Of a DNA stretch of 64,000 nt, positions 51,812 to 61,629 are shown one piece after another. The DNA is from Candidatus Poribacteria bacterium (GTDB lineage Bacteria; Poribacteria; WGA-4E; WGA-3G): positions 480,001-544,000 of the forward strand of contig OZ242029.1 of the NCBI GenBank assembly GCA_965205015.1. Direction: 5' to 3'. A program made the translations under genes and the position numbers. Positions within the stretch are counted from its first letter, which is position 1; the number at the start of each line of letters is the position of its first letter. The notes beneath the pieces were generated by a model. The model did no database searches and was not told the origin of the DNA. It was given only the letters and a program-made list of their open reading frames with translations.

Positions 51812-52156
51812 TGCTACTTTTATGCAACCCCATGAACATTTTTCGTCTTACGACATCCAGATATTTTCATCTTTTATTGCTATTAATCTTTTTCCTAAGA
51901 CTCGAAAGGCAGACCTCTAACCTGATTTAACTGCCCACGCTGGCTGAGGTTCAAAAATGCTTTCATCTGTGACTCCTCAGAATTCTGGTTCTTTAGTCTT
52001 ATCTATTATAACTACAATATTTTTTGGCACTTCAAAAAATATGCCTCTATGAACGTTTTTTTAGAATCCTCTGACGCGTTAAAGTTCTCAAGACATTTGG
52101 ATTCTGAACAGGACGGAGCGCATTGGAGAGTGGGGTCAATTCCGCACTCTTACATC

Positions 52157-52185
52157 TTGCTTTTCCCCATCTTGTGTGGTATACT
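52157..52185 (+). promoter_or_regulatory. Putative sigma70 promoter
   Basis: TTGCTT-N17-TATACT with extended -10 TG. Confidence 0.5.
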
Positions 52186-52375
52186 GTTGAGGATCCAGCT
52201 TCAATAGGTCTGTGAAAAGGTAATAAAAAAGAAAGGCTGATAAGCATCAAAATCCCAACCGATGGTATCCAGTCCGATTTTTCTCGTCAAAATTAACTTT
52301 AGACAACTTTGAAATCCTAACAACGAAGGGTCTTACTACATCATAGGGTTTACCACTATAAAGGAACTATCATAG

Positions 52376-53455
52376 ATGGATGCCCCGTTATCACTCATAG
52401 AGAAAAGTCTTTCGAGTTCTCTCAAACACGAGATTCGGCTCGCAAAATGCACGAATTTCAAGAAGAAACGTATCTTTCGCTGTTGGGTTGCAGATGGACC
52501 GAGTTCTTTGCCAGAGGTGTTTCTTGTCAAAATGGCAAGAAACACTAAACGTGAACCATATAACTCTAAATCGGATTGCGTCGGAAGCCCAGCTTGGAAA
52601 TTTTTCAATGAATGGGCTGCGCTTCAATTCTTAAGTGAAATTGATAACTCCCAGACAATCAGTCCCAAATTCATTGCGGGCGATGTTGCTCAGGGTCTCA
52701 TCGCGTTTGAGTATGTTTCAAAAGCACACTCACTCAGAGATATATTACGCAATGCCAACGCACACGAGCGAAGACATGGCCTATTGATTTACGCTCAGGC
52801 AATCGGGCGTATGCACGGAGCCACCTATGGTAGAAGAAACCAATGGCTCCGTTTGCGTACGAGTCTCGGAACATTCCCACAGACCGACCCAAGCGCATTT
52901 GATGGAATTCTCCGAACTTTTCGCAGGCTCGCGACATTTCTGGATCAACCCGTATCTGTCGCTGTTGAGACTGAGTTATCTGAATTAAAAGAGGTGCTTT
53001 CGGATGTCGAACCCTTTTCTGCCCTCAGACATGTGGACATCGCGCCCCAGAATTATCTATTGCTTAATGACGATGTAAAGATTGTTGACTTTGAATACAG
53101 TGATTACGGGCACTTTCTACTTGATGCCCCTTTCGGTCCTTCTTCTTTTCCAGTACGTTGGGAGTGTGATGACGCTCTGGCGAGAGAAATCGAAAATGTT
53201 TATCGGTCAGAATTATCCTCTGGTTTTCACGGAGCACTGGATGATGGTATTTATTACCAGGGAATACTGGTAGCGTGGATATATTGGTTGCTACGTCTTG
53301 GTCCCGTTCCCCGGACGCGTGGAAATACGATGAAAGGGATTGACTCGCTTGCATGTCGGTGTAAAGCGGTGGCGCGTCTGAGCCATGAAATTGAGTATCT
53401 ACCACAAATAGGACGTATATTTGCGCAAGTGGCAGCAGTTCACGACAGTCATTGA
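52376..53455 (+). CDS. APH/choline-kinase-like phosphotransferase
   Basis: VFLVK, NEWAALQFL, HVDIAPQN, IVDFEYS. Confidence 0.75.
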   Translation: MDAPLSLIEKSLSSSLKHEIRLAKCTNFKKKRIFRCWVADGPSSLPEVFLVKMARNTKREPYNSKSDCVGSPAWKFFNEWAALQFLSEIDNSQTISPKFIAGDVAQGLIAFEYVSKAHSLRDILRNANAHERRHGLLIYAQAIGRMHGATYGRRNQWLRLRTSLGTFPQTDPSAFDGILRTFRRLATFLDQPVSVAVETELSELKEVLSDVEPFSALRHVDIAPQNYLLLNDDVKIVDFEYSDYGHFLLDAPFGPSSFPVRWECDDALAREIENVYRSELSSGFHGALDDGIYYQGILVAWIYWLLRLGPVPRTRGNTMKGIDSLACRCKAVARLSHEIEYLPQIGRIFAQVAAVHDSH

Positions 53456-53599
53456 TGCTTCCAGATTCTTTCCATAATGTGTTTGCTGTCATTATTTTGT
53501 GACGCTTTCACAATTATTGGACCAAAATCGTATATATCCACGCTGTTTTCAACAAAACCTATGCAATAACGGAATCTATCTCGGGAGCTGCAACTAAAA

Positions 53600-54340
53600 A
53601 TGACAATTAATGGGATATTCTTTGACTTATACGGGACACTTTTGGTATACGGAAATATGGATGCTGCATGGTCTGATTGGTTAAAGACACTACATGCGCA
53701 GCTCAGGTCGCGCGGACTCACACTTTCCATGGAATCACTCGCTAAAACGTGCGATCAGTTTTATAGTAAAAGTGAGCCGACACCGCGCCAACACAATCTG
53801 ACGGTGTTTGAACAACGTATTCAGAACCTCTGCTTCGATTTAGAACTGAATCTTACCGCTGAAGATATAAAAATGATAGCAAACAGAGTCGCCAATGCCT
53901 GGCAAAAACATATATCGCTCGATCCTGAAGCACACCATGTGCTGCAAACACTCCATCACTCCAAAAAACTTGCCCTCGTGTCTAATTTCGACCATCCACC
54001 ACACGTCCATTCGGTTCTCAGTGAATTTGGCCTTACACCCTATTTTGATTCGGTTGTTATTTCCGCTGAAGTGGGGGTCAAGAAACCCGATCCGCGGATA
54101 TTTGACGCCGCACTTGAGCAGACTGGCATTAAACCCGAAGAAACCATTTATGTCGGAGACACAGAAGACGATACCAAAGCCGCCCGCGCTGCGGGTATTG
54201 TTCCAATACACATACAAAGAGATAACGAAGGTAATGCCTTTGACTTCAGCGTCAATACACACAATTTACAGCAAGAGATATTCACACGTGATGTGAGGAC
54301 AATAACCAAACTCTCTGAACTTCTAACATCGTTCCTTTAA
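53600..54340 (+). CDS. HAD-family hydrolase
   Basis: FDLYGTL, VSN, KPDPRIF, YVGDTEDD. Confidence 0.9.
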   Translation: MTINGIFFDLYGTLLVYGNMDAAWSDWLKTLHAQLRSRGLTLSMESLAKTCDQFYSKSEPTPRQHNLTVFEQRIQNLCFDLELNLTAEDIKMIANRVANAWQKHISLDPEAHHVLQTLHHSKKLALVSNFDHPPHVHSVLSEFGLTPYFDSVVISAEVGVKKPDPRIFDAALEQTGIKPEETIYVGDTEDDTKAARAAGIVPIHIQRDNEGNAFDFSVNTHNLQQEIFTRDVRTITKLSELLTSFL

Positions 54341-54376
54341 ACCCTACACCCCTATATTCCAGACAATGGGAAGATC

Positions 54377-55192
54377 ATGAAACAAAAATACTTCTACCAC
54401 GAACATCTGGCGGATTACGCCGAGTTGAAGGCAAAGGGGCTCCTGTCAAGGGGAGAACTTTACGGGAACCCCAATGATTTCAGTGATTTTTCCTCCAAAT
54501 CCTTCTTAATAGAGACCTTATCACGTTTAGACCTCAAACCCGATGCCCGAGTGCTTGAACTCGGATGCGGGACAGGTCCAGTAGCATGTTTTTTAGCGAA
54601 ATTGGGCTACCAAGTGCATGGGATTGATGTTATCCCCGATGCCATTGATAAAGCCAAAGCGATCGCTGCCGAGCAGTGTTTAGCCATTCAGTATGAGGTG
54701 TTAGATGTCTGCCAACTTTCACGCCAAGGCAAGCCCTACCAACTCATTATTGATAGCTTCTGCTCACAAGGCATCGTTACGGATCCAGATCGGGTTGCGA
54801 TGTTTTCAGGAATCAAGTCTCGGCTCGCCAAGAACGGCTACTTTTTGATGAGCTGCAGTGTTTTTGAGCCCGATCGAGAAGACCCCGAAACACAGATCGT
54901 CGATAACACAACAGGGAAAGTTTACACCCGCTTTGACAAGGACGCGCTTTGGGACAGCGATACGGAAATATGCTACAGTCGATTCTATCGGGACCCTTTC
55001 AGACCCAGCGTCGGCCCGGAAGACTATGAAGGGACAATTTGTGTGAATGACGTTTGGTACATCCATAAGCGGTGTTACCGGTCTCCTGAAAATCTGCGGT
55101 TAGAACTCGAGCGTCATGGCTTCACGGTTCTTGAGCAGAGCGGTGAGGTAACCGAGAACGCCATCTGTGTCCATCAGACTGCCTATTCATAG
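54377..55192 (+). CDS. Class I SAM-dependent methyltransferase
   Basis: VLELGCGTG, GIDV, LAKNG. Confidence 0.85.
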   Translation: MKQKYFYHEHLADYAELKAKGLLSRGELYGNPNDFSDFSSKSFLIETLSRLDLKPDARVLELGCGTGPVACFLAKLGYQVHGIDVIPDAIDKAKAIAAEQCLAIQYEVLDVCQLSRQGKPYQLIIDSFCSQGIVTDPDRVAMFSGIKSRLAKNGYFLMSCSVFEPDREDPETQIVDNTTGKVYTRFDKDALWDSDTEICYSRFYRDPFRPSVGPEDYEGTICVNDVWYIHKRCYRSPENLRLELERHGFTVLEQSGEVTENAICVHQTAYS

Positions 55193-55386
55193 GCGATGGC
55201 AATAGTGATGAACTTCGAGGTGCAGCTCAGGTTGGGATGTTGCCGTTTTGCGCCGCGTGGTTTCTCCGTCGGCACACAAACTTGCTCGGAGAAGATATTG
55301 TGATGCGTCGATCGGCAGGCTATCCAGTCTTGTATCATCCATCAGAATTGGTTGATCGGGTGCGGGGCATTTGTGCTGCCTGTTAA
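55171..55386 (+). pseudogene. C-terminal fragment of a HAD hydrolase with no 5' part
   Basis: Frame PSDCLFIGDGNSDELRGAAQVGM... (HAD motif IV); in-frame TGA at 55144 upstream. Confidence 0.7.
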
Positions 55387-55657
55387 CGATGTTGTTCGAG
55401 ATTTCAACAAACTATACACTTCAGTTTTTCTGTCTTTCCAAAATCCTCTCTCTTTCTCCAGAATTATGCAACCATTTCCCCTTAACGCGCGCCATATATA
55501 ATGCAAGTTGGTTCGTTGGGTTTCGTTGAATTTATTACGTAAATAAGGTTCCTGAAAATCGAAATTTCCCATATAAATTGGCGGGTTCTTGGTCTTCACT
55601 GCTCCGCCCAACCTACATTCCTGTCTAAAGATATAGAAACACGAACGGAGATAATAT

Positions 55658-56029
55658 ATGAGAAGCAGACTTTACACGATGCTGATGCCTATTTTGAAAG
55701 TAAAAGACTTGGATGCTGAAGTAGCGTTTTATCTATCGTTGGGATTTGAACTCTCTTACGATGATGAAGACTTCAAAGCAATACAGTATGGGGATGATAT
55801 TGAGTTTGGACTTGGTCGCAAAAGCGATGCCAACGTTGAAGTCGTATCTCAACACTTTACTTGGCAGATTGCCGTAAACAGTGTCCAAGAAGTTTTAGAT
55901 ATTTGTGGTGAGAAAAATCTTGAGGTAGTGCAAGGTCTAAAAAAGTACACCTACGATTTTGGTGATGTCTGCACAATTATAGTGAGGTCCCCTAATGGAT
56001 ATAACGTTGTTTTTGAAGGTGACTTGTAA
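55658..56029 (+). CDS. VOC/glyoxalase family protein (copy 1)
   Basis: PILKVKDLDAEVAFY..LGF, SPNGY. Confidence 0.8.
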   Translation: MRSRLYTMLMPILKVKDLDAEVAFYLSLGFELSYDDEDFKAIQYGDDIEFGLGRKSDANVEVVSQHFTWQIAVNSVQEVLDICGEKNLEVVQGLKKYTYDFGDVCTIIVRSPNGYNVVFEGDL

Positions 56030-56129
56030 TGGCTCACACAAATTGAAGAGTAACACATAAAATATGAAGCGAAAACGTCCGATAAGAGTGTTTATCGGGC
56101 ATTTTCAAGCAGTTCAATTTTACTTTTAA

Positions 56130-56214
56130 TAGGACTTAACCGCACCAGTTTTGTGTCAGTCAGTGTTCCGATTTTCCGTAGATAGGTATGCCTTTCAATT
56201 TTCCATAAGTCCTG
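56130..56214. mobile_element. Short MITE-like element with AGGACTTA/TAAGTCCT terminal inverted repeats
   Basis: 8-bp inverted repeats at 56131 and 56206, just upstream of an ECF gene. Confidence 0.4.
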
Positions 56215-56279
56215 ATTCACTTGAATTTTATGCCGACTTCTTGAATCTCACCGTGAAAATCTACTCTCGGAGGTGTCGG

Positions 56280-58439
56280 ATGAGAGATAATGATGCCGAA
56301 TTAATTCGTCGCACGCTCGCAGGCGATGAAACCGCTTTCACAATGCTCGTGAACAAATATCGTAAATATGTGCACACGCTCGCATGGCACAAAATCGGCG
56401 ATTTCCATATCGCTGAAGATATTACGCAGGAAACCTTTCTACAAGTCTATAGAGATCTGGCAACCCTGAGAGAACCGGATCGGTTCCCGGGGTGGTTGTA
56501 TGTGGTTACAAACCATCGCTGCATTGCATGGTTTCGTAAGAATCGACTGCATGTCCGATTGGTGGAGGGCATTAACATGACGATGAAGGGAGAAACAGCA
56601 TATTCCCGATATGTGGCAGACGAACAGGCAAAAACCGCGACTGAAGCACAGCAAAAAGTCGTTAAACAGTTGCTTGCCAAGTTACAAGAGAGCGAACGGA
56701 CCGTGATGACTCTGTATTACTTTGGAGAAATGACGTGTGAAGAAATTAGTAAGTTTTTGGGGGTATCTGTAAATACAATTAAGAGTCGGCTCAGTCGAGC
56801 ACGCCAACGTTTGAAGAAGGAAGAACCTATAATTCGGGAGGCGTTAGATAGTTTTCAACTGTCCGCACATCTAACCGAAAACATCGTGCGGGAGATCGCG
56901 CATATTAAACCCGTTGCCCCGTCCCGGGGTAAGCCGTTAGTGCCGTTAGTGCCGTGGGCAATTGCTCTCTCAACTGTAACGGTGATATTACTGATGATAG
57001 GTATCGGCAACCAATATCTTCTTCATTTTCAACATCCATATAGTTTTGAAGCGGAATCGGAACATACTATTGAAATCGTTGACGCACCTATCGTTCTTAA
57101 TATGAATTCAAAACCGAATGTCCGGAGCCTGGCAGGGCGGTCTCTGGCTAAAGATAAAAACGACACTATGGGTTCGCAGACCTCTGAAACGCTTTTGGCC
57201 TCTACTACCGGAGAGGATTCCGTGCCGAATCAGACAAACATAGAACTTTGCACGCAAAATTTAATCGCGATTGGCAAGGCGATTGAAACTTATAAAAAAG
57301 AACACAACGATTTCCCTGGGTGGCTCTCAGAGCTGTACCCCAAATACTTGGTAGATTCAAACGTCCTGACCTGTCCTGCGGATAAACACGGTGGGAAGGC
57401 AGGTCGTCCTTGGAACAGAGACCCGAAAATGTCGGTGAGTTATGACTATCAGTTCTACCCCGAATATCGAGGCAAGAAAAGTGAACAACGCATAGTGTAT
57501 GGTGATGTCATGCCGCTTATCCGTTGTCGACATCACGCGAATGAAGATTTGCATGTTTTGAACTTAAGCTTCTCTTATACAATTTACAAGTCATCCGTGA
57601 ATTGGGAATATACGCCGGAAGATATGTATGGTAGCCATGAAGGGGCTATCGCTGCCTTTGAAGAAACACTTGAACGACACCCGAATGATATGCGTTTTTT
57701 CTCTCTCTATCCGGGACTGGCCCGTCTCTACGTCAAAACTGGGGACGAATCGGCGGCGGATGTATTTATTGAGCAGTTGAAGTCAGCCATGAAACTCGAA
57801 ATTCCAAGTTATCCTACCCTGTGGCACCTGTGGAACATACTTGTGATGATGGAACGATATGAGGATATGCTTGAGATTTTCACGGAAGCCGAGCAGCAGT
57901 ATCCACGTGAGAGATTCATTCTTGAGAAACTTTCCTTCATCCACGAGAGGTTAGGCAATACTGAACTCGCCGAAGCGTATGGTCGTAAGTTTGATCCGAG
58001 ATACGAATTGCTCGGAATGCCTGTCCCTGGCTTTTCTACGACCGACCTTGATGGGAATCCGATTTCGCTTCGGGACTATTGTGGAAAAGTTGTTTTGCTC
58101 GATTTCTGGATGTTGTGGTCTCCGCCGTCTGTTGTGGAAATGCCGGATATTAAGAAGATTTATGATACCTATAAAGATGAGGGATTTGACATTATCGGTG
58201 TCAATCTTGATGATGAAGAAGTGATACTACAAAACCACGTTAAAGAGAACGGGATCCCTTGGCGACAGATTTTCGACCAAGGGGCTGGCGAGAATTCACT
58301 TGCGCAACAATATGGCATCGGCGACATTCCCGAAATGTGGCTCATTGATAGGGAAGGCAGATTAATTACACATAAAGCGAGAAGGGCGGATTTAGAGAGA
58401 CTCGTCGCAGCGGCAGTGAAGGCTCAACCCCGATACTAA
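56280..58439 (+). CDS. ECF sigma factor fused via TM helix to pilin-like, TPR and TlpA/redoxin-like domains
   Basis: Same chassis; C..NL..IG.A...Y pilin-like segment, TPRs, GKVVLLDFW..WSPPSVVEMP; GGAGGT RBS. Confidence 0.85.
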   Translation: MRDNDAELIRRTLAGDETAFTMLVNKYRKYVHTLAWHKIGDFHIAEDITQETFLQVYRDLATLREPDRFPGWLYVVTNHRCIAWFRKNRLHVRLVEGINMTMKGETAYSRYVADEQAKTATEAQQKVVKQLLAKLQESERTVMTLYYFGEMTCEEISKFLGVSVNTIKSRLSRARQRLKKEEPIIREALDSFQLSAHLTENIVREIAHIKPVAPSRGKPLVPLVPWAIALSTVTVILLMIGIGNQYLLHFQHPYSFEAESEHTIEIVDAPIVLNMNSKPNVRSLAGRSLAKDKNDTMGSQTSETLLASTTGEDSVPNQTNIELCTQNLIAIGKAIETYKKEHNDFPGWLSELYPKYLVDSNVLTCPADKHGGKAGRPWNRDPKMSVSYDYQFYPEYRGKKSEQRIVYGDVMPLIRCRHHANEDLHVLNLSFSYTIYKSSVNWEYTPEDMYGSHEGAIAAFEETLERHPNDMRFFSLYPGLARLYVKTGDESAADVFIEQLKSAMKLEIPSYPTLWHLWNILVMMERYEDMLEIFTEAEQQYPRERFILEKLSFIHERLGNTELAEAYGRKFDPRYELLGMPVPGFSTTDLDGNPISLRDYCGKVVLLDFWMLWSPPSVVEMPDIKKIYDTYKDEGFDIIGVNLDDEEVILQNHVKENGIPWRQIFDQGAGENSLAQQYGIGDIPEMWLIDREGRLITHKARRADLERLVAAAVKAQPRY

Positions 58440-58462
58440 TCCAGAGATGTTTTGCATGATTT

Positions 58463-59299
58463 TTGGACACTTTACAGATGGGACACTTCAGAAAATTTTG
58501 GACACGCTTCAGAATTTATACGAGATTTAGCAAAATCCGTTTTATTGATCGACTCAGCTACCGCGCCCATTTTTTCTTGGTCTTAACGGAGTATCTTCTG
58601 ATAATAATCGTCAATTATTTCCTCTGGAAGGCAATCTTGGCGGACGGCCGGACGATTCGCGGGTATGCCTTAGACGACATGGTCACATACGTAGCGATTG
58701 CCGGCGTGTTTCGGTTTATTATCAATGAGCTTTCTGGGGGAATTTCTCGTGAGATGAGCGGGCAGTATCATAGTGGGGAACTCATTATGAATCTCTTGAA
58801 GCCTGTGGGTTACCAACTCTATATCTACTTTCGGGCGTTTGGCGGAATTCTCTTTCAGCTTCTTTTCAGAGGTGCCACCGTCTTAACGATCTGGGCGTTA
58901 TTGGTCGGATTGACGCCTCCCGATAGTCCAGCAACATTTATCGTCAGTTTGGCATTGGGGGTTTTGATTTACGCTGGAATCGCTTTTCTGGTGGGTCTCA
59001 CGACTTTTCACATAGAAAATAATGCGGGTGTTCTCTTTGCTACGACCGCGAGTATTGAACTGCTATCGGGGACACTGGTACCCTTGGCAATGTTTCCGAA
59101 CTGGGTCGCTTCAATATTAGATTACCTACCGTTCAAAATGATTTTCTACATACCGATGCAGATCTATTTGGGTCGATTGGGCGTCGAAGAGACGGTCAGC
59201 GCGTTAATTGTCCAAGCAATTTGGGCATCGACCTTATCCACAGCAGGCTTCTTTTTCTTCAAGACTTCGGTGCGAAAACTGACCATACAAGGAGGTTAA
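58463..59299 (+). CDS. ABC-2 family permease
   Basis: Multi-TM; SGEL..LLKP, LSGTLVPL.MFP, LPF motifs; start uncertain. Confidence 0.85.
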   Translation: MDTLQMGHFRKFWTRFRIYTRFSKIRFIDRLSYRAHFFLVLTEYLLIIIVNYFLWKAILADGRTIRGYALDDMVTYVAIAGVFRFIINELSGGISREMSGQYHSGELIMNLLKPVGYQLYIYFRAFGGILFQLLFRGATVLTIWALLVGLTPPDSPATFIVSLALGVLIYAGIAFLVGLTTFHIENNAGVLFATTASIELLSGTLVPLAMFPNWVASILDYLPFKMIFYIPMQIYLGRLGVEETVSALIVQAIWASTLSTAGFFFFKTSVRKLTIQGG

Positions 59300-59304
59300 A
59301 CTTT

Positions 59305-60114
59305 ATGTCGATGCCTCGGATCCTCTTTTATGGGAAAATCTATCTTCGTTATTTTGGACAGTATTTCAAAGGGAGGCTCGCCTATCGGTCGGATATTCTG
59401 ATTCAGATGGTGTTTGCGCTCTCGACTCAGATCACTTCTCTGGTTTTTATTCTTATAATCTTCAACCATATTCCGGATATCAATGGCTGGAGCTATGGGG
59501 AAATTCTTTTTATCTATGGGTTTGCCCAAACCTCAATTGCGTTGTTTTCGATGTTCTTTTCAAATCTCATTCAATTGGGACGTTTTTACATCCTTGATGG
59601 GAATTTCGACCGCGTGTTGCTGCGTCCATTGCCACCTCTATTCCAGATTATCATTGAACGATTGGACATCGGTTCGTTTTCCACCTTGGCGATGGGGATC
59701 GGTGCGTTATTATACGCTGCGGTGAAGTTAAATATGTCATTATCTGCCGTTGAGTATTTCATTTTTCTCGGACTGGTACTTTCAGCCACGCTCATCTTTG
59801 CGGGGTTGGTGCTCATTTTGGTGAGTTTAACGTTCTGGATAAAGGACCCAACAGGCGCACTCGCTTGGCCCTTGATGACTGTCCGCGAATTCGCGAAATA
59901 CCCGATTACCATTTACAGTCCGGCATTGCAAGTGTTCCTGAGTTGGATATTGCCTTTGGCATTTACTTCGTTTTATCCTGCAACGCTCTTTTTAGACAGA
60001 CAGGATTATATGCTTTATGCATACCTAACCCCTGTTATTGCCCTTCTGACTTGGGGAATGGGGACTCTGATATGGAATTTGGGAGTGCGAAGGTACGAAA
60101 GTTCGGGTTCTTAA
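59305..60114 (+). CDS. ABC-2 family permease
   Basis: GWSYGE, GNFDRVLLRP, AKYPITIY, YESSGS end. Confidence 0.88.
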   Translation: MSMPRILFYGKIYLRYFGQYFKGRLAYRSDILIQMVFALSTQITSLVFILIIFNHIPDINGWSYGEILFIYGFAQTSIALFSMFFSNLIQLGRFYILDGNFDRVLLRPLPPLFQIIIERLDIGSFSTLAMGIGALLYAAVKLNMSLSAVEYFIFLGLVLSATLIFAGLVLILVSLTFWIKDPTGALAWPLMTVREFAKYPITIYSPALQVFLSWILPLAFTSFYPATLFLDRQDYMLYAYLTPVIALLTWGMGTLIWNLGVRRYESSGS

Positions 60115-60133
60115 TGATGGGGAGGCGTTTCTG

Positions 60134-61126
60134 ATGGCTTTAATAGAGGTCCAAAACCTAACCAAAAGTTATAAAACCTTCAAGCGGAAGGAAGGATTAA
60201 AAGGTGCTTTCATCAACCTTTTTAAAAGGGACTACGAATCCGTTCAAGCAGTAGATAACATCAGTTTTCATGTCGAGCCGGGAGAAATTCTGGGGTACAT
60301 CGGACCCAACGGTGCTGGTAAATCAACGACGATTAAAATCCTAACAGGAATCCTCACCCCAACGGACGGAAAAGTGGCGGTGAACGGACTTGTGCCTTAC
60401 AAGCAGAGACAACAACATGTGAAAAATATTGGTGTCGTTTTTGGACAACGCACGCAGTTATGGTGGGATATAGCTGTCATTGAAGCGTTTACGCTTCTCA
60501 GAGACATCTATGAAGTCAGCAAAACGGATTTCCAAGAACAGTTAAAAAAGTTTGATGAGGTGTTAGGTATCGGTCCCTTACTTCACATCCCTGTCCGAAA
60601 GTTAAGCCTCGGACAGCGGGTGCGGTGCGATATTGCTGCGTCTTTATTACATAATCCGCCCGTTGTTTTTCTGGATGAACCCACGATCGGACTTGATGTC
60701 GCGGTGAAATCGAATATTCGGGAATTCATTAAAGAGATGAATGCGAGTCTTGGAACGACTATGATCCTAACGACGCACGACCTCAGTGACATTGAGTACC
60801 TCTGCCAAAGGAGCCTTATCATCGATCAAGGGAAGATCATCTTTGATGGCGACCTACAACAAGCAAAAGATGAATTAGCGAGGAAACGAAAAATTCAGGT
60901 CGATCTTTATGAACGCTTTGATATAGAGAGCATCCGTGAGCAACTGAAGATTGCTAAACTCGAATTCACAAAGCGAAATGATTACTCTCTAACGATTTCT
61001 TTTGACAAAGATGAGATCTCAGCAGTCGATATTATTCAAAAAGTCTTGGACCGTCTTCATCCGCGTGACATAAAGATTGAGGAACCCACGATCGAAACTG
61101 TTGTAAAGGAAATATACAACAAATGA
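60134..61126 (+). CDS. ABC-2 transporter ATP-binding protein
   Basis: GPNGAGKST, LSLGQR, FLDEPTIGLD, TTHD. Confidence 0.92.
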   Translation: MALIEVQNLTKSYKTFKRKEGLKGAFINLFKRDYESVQAVDNISFHVEPGEILGYIGPNGAGKSTTIKILTGILTPTDGKVAVNGLVPYKQRQQHVKNIGVVFGQRTQLWWDIAVIEAFTLLRDIYEVSKTDFQEQLKKFDEVLGIGPLLHIPVRKLSLGQRVRCDIAASLLHNPPVVFLDEPTIGLDVAVKSNIREFIKEMNASLGTTMILTTHDLSDIEYLCQRSLIIDQGKIIFDGDLQQAKDELARKRKIQVDLYERFDIESIREQLKIAKLEFTKRNDYSLTISFDKDEISAVDIIQKVLDRLHPRDIKIEEPTIETVVKEIYNK

Positions 61127-61257
61127 CATGATTTTTTGCTCAACTTTTTGTGAAATGTGTTATTCTTTTTACAAGGGATTGTGGAGCGGGGCGGTTAAAA
61201 GGGTTGCCCACTCGTTCCCACATCATTATCTAAAGCAATATCCTCGGTAGGTGATAT

Positions 61258-61629
61258 ATGAAAAGCAAACTTTACACAATGCTGATGCCAATTTTGAAAG
61301 TAAAAAACTTAGATGCTGAAGTGGAGTTTTATCGGTTGTTAGGATTTGAACTCTCTTACAATGGAGAGGACTTCAAGGCGATAAAGTATGCGGAGAACAT
61401 CGAGTTTGGTCTTGGTAGCAAAGACGATTTCAATATTGAACATATATCCCCATACTTCACGTGGCAAATTGCTGTAAACAGTGTCCAAGAAGTTTTAGAT
61501 ATCTGTCGTGAGAAGGATCTTGAAATAGTGCAGAATCTGAAGAAGTACACCTACGATTTTGGTGATGTCTGGATAATCATAGTGAAGTCCCCTAATGGAT
61601 ATGATGTTGTTTTCGAGGGTGATTTGTAG
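61258..61629 (+). CDS. VOC/glyoxalase family protein (copy 2)
   Basis: Close paralog of 55658..56029, same length. Confidence 0.8.
   Translation: MKSKLYTMLMPILKVKNLDAEVEFYRLLGFELSYNGEDFKAIKYAENIEFGLGSKDDFNIEHISPYFTWQIAVNSVQEVLDICREKDLEIVQNLKKYTYDFGDVWIIIVKSPNGYDVVFEGDL

Noticed and set aside
51823-51850. TGCAAC...CGTCTTA as a fifth ECF promoter
   Set aside because: The spacer is 15 nt versus 17-18 in the others, the TTTT after the -35 element is missing, and it is far from the next + strand gene
52126-52150. AGAGTGGGGTCAATTCCGCACTCT hairpin resembling a tRNA T-arm or att site
   Set aside because: It lacks the TTC loop consensus, acceptor stem and CCA, and no second copy was seen
56151-56279. 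Long N-terminal extensions from the ORF track (also 14144..14239, 18507..18674, 35207..35311, 24174..24254)
   Set aside because: Downstream starts have better RBSs or match paralog N-termini; the extensions run through promoters, repeats or neighbouring genes
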